Assembly: GCF_021057185.1 (NCBI RefSeq)
Contig: NZ_CP054059.1
Coordinates: forward strand, 510,001-542,000
DNA: 32,000 nt
Direction: 5' to 3'
Origin: Candidatus Absconditicoccus praedator
GTDB taxonomy: Bacteria; Patescibacteriota; Gracilibacteria; Absconditabacterales; Absconditicoccaceae
The number at the start of each line of letters is the position of its first letter. The stretch's first letter is position 1. The notes beneath the pieces are model-generated. The model ran no database searches. It worked only from the letters and a program-made list of their open reading frames with translations, and had not been told where the DNA came from. The translations under genes and the position numbers were made by a program. This document shows, piece by piece, positions 20,869 to 31,436 of the stretch.

Positions 20869-22107
20869 TTATATCTGTAACATATAATTTATATTGTTTG
20901 ACACTGCCAATCAACTTGACCAACATCGCCGCAGATTAAATCATCAAGTATATCAATCTACATTTAAAACCTCTCAAGCAAAATACAATCATTTTACTTG
21001 CCTACTTTCTAAGGTGCTTTTACAAACTCATTCTAATTCTACTCCTCATACAGTAACGAACTCACCTCCACCTTTTTTTCCTATTAAATTTATTTCAATT
21101 CATAATCATAATTTTTTATTTATTTTTTTTCTATATTTACTTGGAAAGTTTGACATATCATAGCTTTTATCAATTCATAAAAATTCAAATAGCATCAACA
21201 AGAAGCTTTTTGGAAAAAATTGACAATAAAAATTCAATATATTTTTTTTGGGAGATGAAACCTCATATTTTTTATAAAAATTTTCAAGCAATAAGTATGT
21301 GATTCTTTCATCAGGAATTAAGAAAATTTTTTTAGGATTTTCTTTTGTTGGAGTTTTATATGCAATTTCGGAAGATAAAGCAAAAATTCAAGGTCAACTC
21401 AATCCATAATGAGTAAACAATACAGGAGATTTAATAGTAATACTTTCACACAAAATTATTGGTTTTGGGAAAGAAACTCATTTACATGTAGAAAATTTTT
21501 CTTTTGTATAAAAACCAGTTAATCAAGAAGACAAGCTTGTAATATTATGTCACATTTTCTTGGCAAAATAATATCAATCTCAACTACTTCAAGTATTAGC
21601 ATATGCTTTTCATCAAGTAGCAACAACTAAATAGTCAAAAAAATATTTATTAAAATCAGTTTCCAATAAAAATTTACCATCAACTAAAGAAACATCAACA
21701 ACCTTAGTTTTTAAATTTAAAACTAAATTATCATACTTTCTAAAAATTTTTAAAAACACATCTACTACATCTTCAGAATTATCAGAAACTGGAAAGACCC
21801 TTCAGTCAGACTCTTGCTTTAAAGACAAGCCATAATAATTAAACCACCTACAAATATTTTTTGGAGGATATTTTTTAATATAATAAGAAACTAATTCTTT
21901 TCAACGAGGAAAATTTTTAACAAATTCTTTTTTCTTATTTATTCAGGTTGTTAGATTACATCTACCACCTCAGGCAGCTAATAATTTTACTCATAATTTT
22001 GTATTTTTTTCAAATATAAAAATCTGTCAATCAAATCAAGATTCCAGCAGATTAGCTGCTACAATTAATCAAGATGGTCATCATCAAACTATTCAAACTT
22101 TTTTCAT
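20869..22107 (-). CDS. HI0933/BaiN-family NAD(P)/FAD-dependent oxidoreductase
   Basis: 412 aa: MKKVGIVGGGPSGLIVAANL...AAGGGRCNLTT...NFPRGKEL...DGRVFPVSD...VVATGGKAYANTGSSGDGYYFA...TVGGVELEGVCKSTLESRQVKGLYFAGEVLNVDGYTGGFNLRRCWSSG. Stop TAA. Confidence 0.8.
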
Positions 22108-22125
22108 AATATTTTAAATAATAAA

Positions 22126-22797
22126 TTATTTTTTTAAATTATAATATTTACAAAATTCCTTAAAAACACATTTATAGCATTTAGGATTTTTAGACTTACA
22201 AAAATACCTTCAAAATAAAATCAACAAATGATGAGCCTTATTCTTCAAATCATCTGGAATAATTTTCTCTATTTGAGCTGAAGTTTGTAACTCGGTCTTT
22301 GTACAAACAATACCCAACCTATTTAAAACTCTATGAACATGCGTATCTACTGGAACAACAGGCTTATTATATAATACTGAAAGGACTACCTTACCGGTTT
22401 TTTCTCAAACTCAATCAAGTTTTGTAATTTCATTTAAAGAATCAGGAATTATATATCAAAATCTGTCAAATAAGTATCTTTCCTCATTTGATGAGACATC
22501 TTTTATGCTAATAATTTGTTTTGATAAATTATAGATATTCTTTGCTTTTGACTTGTAAAGTCATATAGTTTTAATATTTTCTTTCAAAGCTTCATATCAC
22601 ATATCTATCACATCTTGTGGAGATTTCAATTTTTGAAATAATCATTGATTTTTAGTGACTTTATTTACCTGTTTGTCGGTTGTCTGAGCGCTAAGTACTA
22701 CAGCAATAAGTAACTGAAAGGGAGTTTCATAATAAAGCTCTGTCACAGGGTTTGGATATATTTTTTCTATTTGATTTAATATATCAATAATATTCAT
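22126..22797 (-). CDS. nth: endonuclease III (DNA glycosylase/AP lyase, 4Fe-4S)
   Basis: 223 aa: ...PFQLLIAVVLSAQTTDKQVNKVT...LDGVGEKTGKVVL...VPVDTHVHRVLNRLG...FGRYFCKSKNPKCYKCVFKEFC (C-x6-C-x2-C-x5-C cluster). Confidence 0.9.
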
Positions 22798-22818
22798 AGC
22801 AATTTAGATAAACATAAA

Positions 22819-23967
22819 TTAATCAATATTTATAAACTTTTTCCATTTTTCTTCAATATCTTCCTCAAAGTAATCAGCTCAAAACTTCAAAATATAATCT
22901 ATTTCTGGATCATTAAAATGCCAAAGCTTATTTTTGATGGTTTTATAAACCAAAAAGTTTTTTTCATTATTTTCTATTTTGGCCTCAAACATTGCAGACA
23001 AATTATCTGAACACTTTGCTATAGCTCATATTTCAGAATCAAAAGGATATAATATATAGTTTTTTAGATTTTCATGAAAATCAAGTCATTCAAAATATTG
23101 CAACAATTGCTCATGCACAACATCCTCCTCTACATTTTCAAGAAAATCTCTAAACCCCATAACAGACTCTTTGGTTGGAGTAATAACATCGCCTGTTATT
23201 GTTTCAGGAAAATCATGAAGAAGACTTATGCTTAATATTTTTTCCATATTTTCTCTATCATATCATTTTAGCAAACCTATAAAATAAGAAAAACCAAATA
23301 CAAAAAATAAATGAGAAAGAACTGAAACTGGATATGTTCTATTATCTCTATTCCATCTATATGCAAATTTAAGCCTTAAAAGATTTGATATATAAATTTT
23401 CAAAATATCCATATTAACAAATCAAATTTCTTTGGCATATTTGTCTATTTCTTTTTTTGTAGATTCTAAAATATTTCAATAAGAAAGTGAGTAAAAATGA
23501 ACACTATCTTTTATCTCTAGTTTTCTTTCTATTGATTTGGCCAACTGCATAATATCTTTTTCTACCTTATTTACATGTGAATACTTTTCCCAGTTCACAT
23601 ACTCATTAACAACAAGAAAAAAATCATCCTTAATTTTTTGATCAATATCAGAGGAAAAAACAAAATCTCATAATTGTTTCCATAATTTTTTATAGATATC
23701 TAGTCTTTTTTCTTTTAGAGTTTTTTTTAAATCATGATTAATATCAGAATAAACAAATGTGAAAAAACTACTCCAAAATAAATGCCTATAAATATATAAT
23801 ATATCTACCTTTTCTCAGTTTTCTTTCATAAGGTTTGCAATTATATAGGAAATATTAAGCTTGAGACTTATATGTTCTGCTTCTACAAAATCTTGAATTC
23901 TTGGATAATTATTCCATCTTATTATAGAAATTCCCTTAAACATCAAATGAATCAGATTCCCTATCAT
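22819..23967 (-). CDS. HD-domain phosphohydrolase (YfbR-like 5'-nucleotidase type) with an N-terminal degenerate duplicate module
   Basis: 382 aa. C-terminal half: AYRWNRDNRTYPVSVLSHLFFVFGF...LSISLLHDFPETITGDVITPTK (H...HD...D). N-terminal half repeats the IIRWNNYPR...EAEH pattern but lacks the HD...GD motif. Confidence 0.65.
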
Positions 23968-24083
23968 CAGTTTTTTAAAAAAATAAACTTATTAGATAAT
24001 AAACAAAAATAAAATTATTTCAATATAGTATAAAAATTTTTGTAAGAGCAATATTAAGCTGTCAGCATCAGATACAAATTGAA

Positions 24084-24150
24084 TTGTCAGTAAAATAATA
24101 ATGTTTTATTTTTATTAATACAATATTATGACTTAATTTTATACTGACAA
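24084..24150. repeat. 9-bp perfect inverted repeat TTGTCAGTA / TACTGACAA separated by 49 AT-rich nt, inside a 366-bp intergenic region
   Basis: Arms at 24084-24092 and 24142-24150. A related near-palindrome GCTGTCAGC lies at 24058-24066. Confidence 0.5.
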
Positions 24151-24333
24151 AAACAAAATAAAATATAATTGGAAAATAATAAAAATTCAAAAGTCTTTAT
24201 TAAGAGTAAACCATAGCTTAGATTTTCACAACATCTTAATTGAGCTTTTTTTAAAATTCCCAAAACACTAGGCTAAAAAATTGAATTTTATATCTAAATT
24301 ATGGTTTATAATTAAAAATCAAGACAAAATCCT

Positions 24334-25188
24334 TTAACCTTGCAAATAAAATATATTTTCAAACAAACTTGCAACAGTAACCGGACCTACTCATCAAGGA
24401 ACAGGAGTTATCGCCCTCACCTGATCTTTAAGGAAATCAAAATCTATATCTCATTTTACCTTTCAGTCTTCTTTTGTCCAACCCACATCTATTAAAACTT
24501 GAGAACCATCTTTAGCAACAAAATTTTCATCAATTAAATTGCTTTTACCAGTAGCTGAAATTATATAATCACTATTCTTAGAAAACATTTTCATATCTTC
24601 TATATCCGCATATTCATTAAAAGAAAAAACCTCAGCTCACTTTTTTATCATATCCATAGCTAACGGTTTTCATACAAGATTACTTTGTCACAAAATTGTA
24701 ACTTTTTTTCATCTAAACTCATCCAAATTATAGTAATTTAGAATATTTATAACAGCCTTTGGAGTAGCTGGTATAAAATTATTAAATCAAATACTACTTA
24801 GTCAAAAATTTACACCTCATAGTCAATCTATATCTTTTTGGGGATCTATTGATGATAATATTTCTGATTGATGAGACTTCAAGTTTTTAGGCAATGGAAG
24901 TTGAACTACAATTCATACACAAAATGGATCTTCATTCATTGCTTTTATATTATGAATTATGTTTTCTGAAGAATCTGGATTGATCTGAGAACTCATCCTA
25001 TCATGAATAACTACGTCTATACCCAATTCATTACCAAACTCTTTTTTCTTATTTACATAAGCATAAGAAGATGGATCATCATTAAGCAACAAGATTCATA
25101 CATACTTATGAGTTACATCAAAATTTTTTAAGTTATTTTTTATTTTAGATCTAATTTTTTCTTTTACTGGATCTCAATATAATATCAT
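24334..25188 (-). CDS. folD: bifunctional methylenetetrahydrofolate dehydrogenase/methenyl-THF cyclohydrolase
   Basis: 284 aa: ...SSYAYVNKKKE...GIVVQLPLPKNL...KDIDGLGGVN...FIPATPKAV...ILGQSNLVGKPLAM...ITPVPGGVGPVTVASL. Confidence 0.9.
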
Positions 25189-25212
25189 TCCCAATTCATT
25201 ATATAAAATAAA

Positions 25213-28062
25213 TTAATCATCTTCTAAAAGACTTCAATTTTCTAATCTTATAACTTTATCTGCAAACTGTAAAAGATTTTTGTCATGTTCAATCATAAGG
25301 ATTGTATCGGATTTATCAAGAAATCTTTTCAAAACATTCAAAAGTTTTTGTATATCTTGAGGATGCAAACCAACTGTAGGTTCATCTAAAAAATAAACTG
25401 TATGACCCTTGTAGCTTTTCAATAAATGTTTTACCAACTTAATTCTTTGACTTTCTCATCCAGATAAAGTATGAGCTGGCTGTCAAAGCTTCAAATATCA
25501 CAATCATATATCATTCATAAGTTCAAGCTTATCTTTGATATATTCAATATCATCGAAAAAATAGATTGCATCTTTTATGTACATATCTAAGACATCTGAT
25601 ATTGTTTTTCAGTTCCATTTTATAGACAGTATTTCAGATTTGTATCTTTTTCATTTACAAAGTTCACAAGCTACATAAGTATCAGGCAAAAACTGAAGCT
25701 CAACCTTTTTATGTCAATATCAATCACATTCAGGACAAGCTCATTTTTTGGAATTGAAACTAAAATATCATGAATCAAATCAAAGCATTTTTGCATCCGT
25801 TGATGAGGCAAAAAGCTTTCTTATATCATCAAAGACTCATATAAAAGTAGCAGGACAAGATCTTGGAGTTTTTCAAATACTTGATTGATCTACATAAAGA
25901 ACATTTTTTATTTTTTCTGTTCACTTGATAGTTTCTACTCAAATTTCCTTAAAAAATTCTTGAGTAGCAACATTTTCTAAATGTTCGTATTCTTTTCTAT
26001 CAAGGACAGGTTTGGTAATAATATCTGTTCGAGAATATCAACTTTTCAAAAGATGCAGTCTAATATATCATTGAATAAACTTTTCTTTTTCATTTAAAAA
26101 TCTATACAATGTTTCATACATCAAAGTAGTCTTACCAGCTCAAGAAGCTCAAGTAATTATAGTAAAACTTCAAAGATTTACTTCCACATCCAAATTTTTT
26201 AAATTAAATTTTGAAGCTTTTTTTATTGAAATCTTATCATTGGAAGGTTTGTGATCAAAATCTGTAACTACTTGACTATCTCATACCAGATAAGAAGATG
26301 TAACAGTGTTTTGTTTCAAAAATTTTTTGTAATCACCTGAATAAACAACCTCCCCACCAAAATCTCAAGCTCAAGGTCATATTTCTACTATCCAATCAGA
26401 CTGGTTTATAAACTCTTCATTATGCTCTACTACAATTATAGTATTTCACATTTGCTTTAATTGCTTGATAGCTTTTATTGTTTTTTTTATTTCTTTATCA
26501 TCTAGTCAAATAGTTGGCTCATCAAGAACATATATTATTCAGGTTAGACGATTTCATAGTTGTTTTGCCAGTCTAAGTCTTTGCACTTCTCATCAAGATA
26601 AGGTTCAGATCTGTCTTGATAAGCTTATATGCTCCAATCACAATTTATTTATTGTATCACACCTATCAATAAGAGGATTTGCTATCCTTTCAGCTAAAAT
26701 TGTACTTTTGGATGTATTTTTCTTGAATTTTTTAAGGATAGTTACAAGTTCTTTTATTCAAATATTTTGAAGATCAAAAATATTGTATTTAGTATTACTT
26801 ACCGACAAGAAAACATTTAAACTTTCTTTTCTAAGTTTTGCTCCACCACATGTTGGACATTCTCTAAGTTCTAGCATTGCTTGGAAATCTACTGTAAGAA
26901 TTCATTTTTGATACTGCTGCGTAAGAATATCTTCTATTCATTTATAATACATACTTACATATTTTCATCACATTCATATCCTAAGCAACTGCTTATCTCA
27001 ATTTATTACAATATCTTTGAACCAGTCTGGCATATTTTTTCGCACAAGATTTGTATCTATACTGTATTTATCTGCTAACTTTTCAAGGATTCACTGACCC
27101 ATAGCTGAATCTCTCCATGGCAATATAGCTTCAAGGTATTTTGAGTTGGTGTCTATTATTTTTTCAAAATCTACTTGTAATGTTTTTCATATTCAATGAC
27201 ATGTTTGGCAAGCTCATTCCTGCCTGTTGGGAGAAAAATGTTGACTTGAAAAATCCGGATAAGATATATCACAACTTGGACAAAAATTTTTATCTGTATG
27301 CCACTCAATTTTATTATCAAAATATACTCATACTTTTTTGTTGTCTCAAAGTACTTTTACAACATCCTCTTTCAGTCTGTTGAACTTATCAGAAGACAAA
27401 GTAATACGATCAAAAACTCAATATATTCTCACAGGAAAATACTCTTTTGTGATTTTAGGATCTTCCATATAAAAATACTCCACAATATCAGAATTATTCA
27501 ATTCTACCAAAAACCTAACTGCTCACTTTCAAGCATCTACTCTTCTTCTATTTTTCCTTACAAATTTAAAAAAATCAGTTTCAGAAGAAATTTTTCAAAA
27601 ATCGCTAACTATATATACCTTTTCATCAGAATATTTTTCTAAAATCTGAGAAGATATCTGATCTGTTGTTTTTGCATGGATTTTTTCTCAACATTTGTAA
27701 CAGTAAATGTCTCAAAGTTTTGAAAAGAGTAATCTTAGATAGTCATCTATTTCTGTCAAAGTTCAAACAGTACTTCTACTGTTTCATATTTTTTTGTTTT
27801 GTTCTATGGCAATAGCCGGAGAAAATCATTCACTATAGTCTATATCAGGCCTTTCTCATAAATTAAAAAATTGCCTTAGATAAGAAGACAAAGATTCAAT
27901 ATATCTAAATTGTCATTCTTTATAAACTGTATCAAAAGCTAGGGTTGATTTTCAAGATCCGCTCACTCCAGTGATTGTTGTAATTTTATTTTTGGGTATA
28001 GAAATATCGATATTTTTTAAGTTGTTGGACTTTACTCACTTCAAAATAATATGATCGTACAT
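25213..28062 (-). CDS. uvrA: excinuclease ABC subunit A
   Basis: 949 aa: [45 protein letters not shown]...SPAIAIEQ...CPSCDISY...GACQTCHGIG...CPTCGGAKL...LSRQIGTLSGGEVQRLRLAKQLG...VLDEPTIGL...GASGAGKTTL...GACPECDGYG...CELCKGKRY...LSGGESQRIKL...FLDEPTVGLH. It contains track ORF 25234-25437 in frame. Confidence 0.95.
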
Positions 28063-28225
28063 ATATTTATTTATAAACTAAATATTTAAATGTTTAATAA
28101 TAATTATTTATAGTTTTTTTTCAATATCAGCATAAAAGTAATATTGCATTATTTCAGATTTTTTATAATATGATTAAATAGGTTGATTTTTATCAAACAT
28201 TAATTTTAGTTATTTTAAAAAACTA

Positions 28226-29011
28226 ATGCAAAAAAAATTTTCTCTTGTGCTTGGTGGATGAGCAGCTAGATGACTAGCTCACATCGGTGTGATAAAATAC
28301 TTGGAAGAAAAAAATATATTAATAGATGAAGTTATTTGAACTTCTATGTGAAGCATAGTATGAGCATGTTATGCATTTGGATACAATAGCAGACAAATGG
28401 AAGAAATAATTGAAAATACAAGTTTTTTGAAAATGATAGATTTTTTTGATAATGAGTGAGTAATTAAATGAAAAAAGATGCTCAACAAACTTGATGAGTT
28501 ATTTGGAGACAAAAAAATATCTGATTGCTCTAAAAAATTAAAAATAATTTGAACAAATCTACATAACTGAGAAAAAAAAGTATTTAAAAAAGAACAAATC
28601 AAAGATGCAATAAGAGCAAGTATAGCATTACCAGGCATAATTGCCCCTTATAAGATTAATTGAATTAAATATATAGATTGATGAGTTATTAGTAATCTTG
28701 CAGTAGAAGAATCTGAAAATAAAAATATCATTGCAGTATCAATAATCAGAAATATTGAAAAAGAATACACCTCAGAAAACAATAAATGATTTTTTGGGCT
28801 AAAAAGATGATCAACAACAAAAATACTTCAAAAAACAATTCAAATTATGATTAGAGAAAATGAAAAAAACTCACTAGAAAAGTCATCCAATAAAAATATT
28901 TTTTACATAAGACCAGAATTCAACAACTTCAACTATTACGATTTTTGGAAATACAAAGAAATAATACAAATATGATACAATTATGCCAAAGAAAATTTAT
29001 CACTAAAATAA
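28226..29011 (+). CDS. patatin-like phospholipase (RssA type)
   Basis: 261 aa: MQKKFSLVLGGGAARGLAHIGVIKYLEE...VIGTSMGSIVGACYA...KYIDGGVISNLAVE. Motifs are the oxyanion GGG.(A)RG, the nucleophile G-T-S-M-G and the catalytic DGG. Confidence 0.85.
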
Positions 29012-29049
29012 AACTGACCCTTGCATAAGCAAGAACCAGTACTTAATTT

Positions 29050-31086
29050 TTATTTTTCATTTTTTGAGTCTTTTTCAAGCAAAGAGTCTATTATCTGAGG
29101 TTCTATTTCATCATATATATACCTTTCTAAAGGTCTTGCACCATATTCTGGTTCATGCACTTTTTCTATAATTTCTTGTATCTTCTTTTTGGAATAAGAT
29201 GGTATTTTTACTTCTTTTTTCTTTTTCCATTGAGAAGAAAAATCTGCATACTTCATCTTGAAAATTTCTACAAGAGTATCCTTAGATAAAGGTTTGAATA
29301 CTATATTTCAATCTAATCTATTTATAAGCTCCGAAGGCAAATATCCTTTCAATTCTTCATTAACTTTCTGCTTTATAATTTCAAAATCTTTTTCTTCTTG
29401 TTGATTTTCATCATCTGTTCAAGAAAATCATATTGTTTGAACCTTTTTTGAAAAATTTTGAGATCAAATATTTGATGTAAGTATTATAATAGTATTTTTA
29501 AAATCAACTATTTTTCATTTATTATCTTTTATTCTTCATTCATCTAAAATTTGTAGCATAACATTCAAAACCTCTGGCGAAGCTTTTTCTATCTCATCAA
29601 ATAAAACAACACTATATGGCTTTCTTCTAACTGATTCTGTAAGAACTCCTCATTCTTCATAACCAACATATCAAGGTGCCGAACCAATAAGTTTTGATGA
29701 AGAATGTCTTTCCATATATTCTGACATATCTACTCTTATCAAAGAATTTTCATCTTCAAAATACTCACTAGCTAGAAGTTTTGCAATATATGTCTTACCA
29801 ACTCAAGACGGTCACAAAAACAAGAAAGAAGCTATAGGCTTATTTCTTTCAATAACAGAAAGTCTATTTCTTCTAATAGCTTTTACTACTGCTTCTACTG
29901 CTTCTTCTTGTCCCAAAACTTTTCAAGACAACAACTCATCTAGTTTTCTCAACTTATTTATTTCTGATTGATTCACTTTACTTGCAGGTATTCATATTTT
30001 ATCAGAAACTACTTCTCAAATATTTTCATAATCTACATTTATTCTTAAATGTTTTGGTAAAGAACTTTTTGATCTCAACTGCTTTAGTTTGGATTTCAAT
30101 TTTTCTTCCTTATCTTTGTACTCAGCAGCCTTAAAGTAATCTTGACATGAAATACTACTTTCTATATTTTTTTGTACTTCAGATAACTGTTTTTCTACTT
30201 TTTGATATTCTTCATTATTTTTAAGTTTTTGAGTAAGAGTAGATTGTCTTGCACATGCCTCGTCCAAAATGTCAATTGCTTTATCTGGAAGATGTTTATT
30301 TAGCATATATCTTGAACTAAGGTCAACACTTCATTTCAAAGCATCATTAGTGATATTTACTCAATGATATTCTTCAAATCTTTCCCTTATTCAAGTAAGT
30401 ATACCAATAGCATCATCTCTTTTGGGTTCTTCTACATTTACTTCTTGAAATCTTCTTTTAAGTGCAGCATCTTTTTCTATATGCTTTTGATACTCGTCAT
30501 AGGTAGTTGCTCAAATCAATTGAAGTTTTCATCTTGCCAAAAATGGTTTAAGCATATTGGAAGCATCTGCTCATCATTCTGTATTTCAAGCTCATATTAT
30601 AGTATGTATTTCGTCAATAAATAAGATTACATTATTGGTTGGATCTATAGCTTCTTCAAGCACTGCTTTAAATCTTGCTTCAAATTCTCACCTATACTTA
30701 GTTCAAGCCACAATACTTCAAATATCAAGCATAAAAACTCTTTTATTTTGAAGCTTTTCTGGTACATCATTATCCACTATTCTTTTTGCTAATCATTCTA
30801 TAATCGCTGTTTTTCCAACACCAGCTTCTCAAATCAATAAAGGATTGTTTTTTGTCTTTCTCAAAAGAGTATATATACACTGTTGAATTTCTTGATCTCT
30901 TCATATTACTGGATCAAGTTCTCAATTTTTAGCTTCTCTTGTTAGATCTGTACCAAAACTTTCAAGAGTAAGTGTTTGTTCTTCTTGTTTAGTAGCAGAA
31001 GAACCTATTTTACTATCTTCTCAATCCTCTGCTAACTCTTGATTTGAGTTATAAATTTTATAATTTTTTAATAGATCTTGTCTCAT
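29050..31086 (-). CDS. clpC: ClpC-type double-AAA+ unfoldase lacking the N-terminal Clp-N repeat domain
   Basis: 678 aa. Starts [16 protein letters not shown]..., then immediately [44 protein letters not shown]...[15 protein letters not shown] short UVR-like middle region is present ([16 protein letters not shown]). D2 has [15 protein letters not shown]...[11 protein letters not shown] ClpP-docking-like IGF tripeptide is present (QTIGFSG). The protein ends ...GARPLERYI. It contains track ORFs 29050-29256 and 30016-30306 in frame. Confidence 0.9.
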
Positions 31087-31169
31087 TTGGTGGTTTTATA
31101 GTTAAATTTATTTTTTGACAGAACGCTTAATTGATGCTATTATAATAAATATTAAAACATAAAATTCAA

Positions 31170-31373
31170 TTATTTTTTCTTTTTAAAAATTTTTTTCATT
31201 TCTATAACTCCCCCTCAAAAAAAGCTTAAAAAAGAAGTTATTTTATCTTTTAGTTTCTTAAAAAATCATCTTCATTTTGGGGACATTCAAAATCATCATA
31301 GTCACAAAATTGCAGTTCATATCACTCATCAAACTAAAAATTTATTTAATTTTTTCTCAAACAAGTTTTTCAT
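31170..31373 (-). CDS. glycine-zipper small membrane protein (67 aa)
   Basis: MKNLFEKKLNKFLVGGVIGTAILGLGGFGMSPKGRGFFKKLKDKITSFLSFFGGGVIEMKKIFKKKK. 10 of its 12 Gly codons are TGA. The G..xG...G..G helix is only coherent when TGA is read as Gly. Confidence 0.55.
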
Positions 31374-31436
31374 AATATCACCTACTTATTAAATGTGCTA
31401 TATTTATAATTATAATATATTTTTTTTCAAGTAATT

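Noticed and set aside
28226-31086. Patatin-like lipase next to a Clp ATPase as a possible anti-phage (CBASS-like) module.
   Set aside because: The two genes are convergent rather than co-oriented, and no cyclase, nucleotidyltransferase or sensor gene is present. The patatin protein is an ordinary RssA-type enzyme and clpC is a housekeeping gene.
31087-31169. A CtsR operator upstream of clpC.
   Set aside because: Only a single TGTCAAA half-site is present. The tandem heptad repeat (GGTCAAA-NAN-GGTCAAA) is absent.
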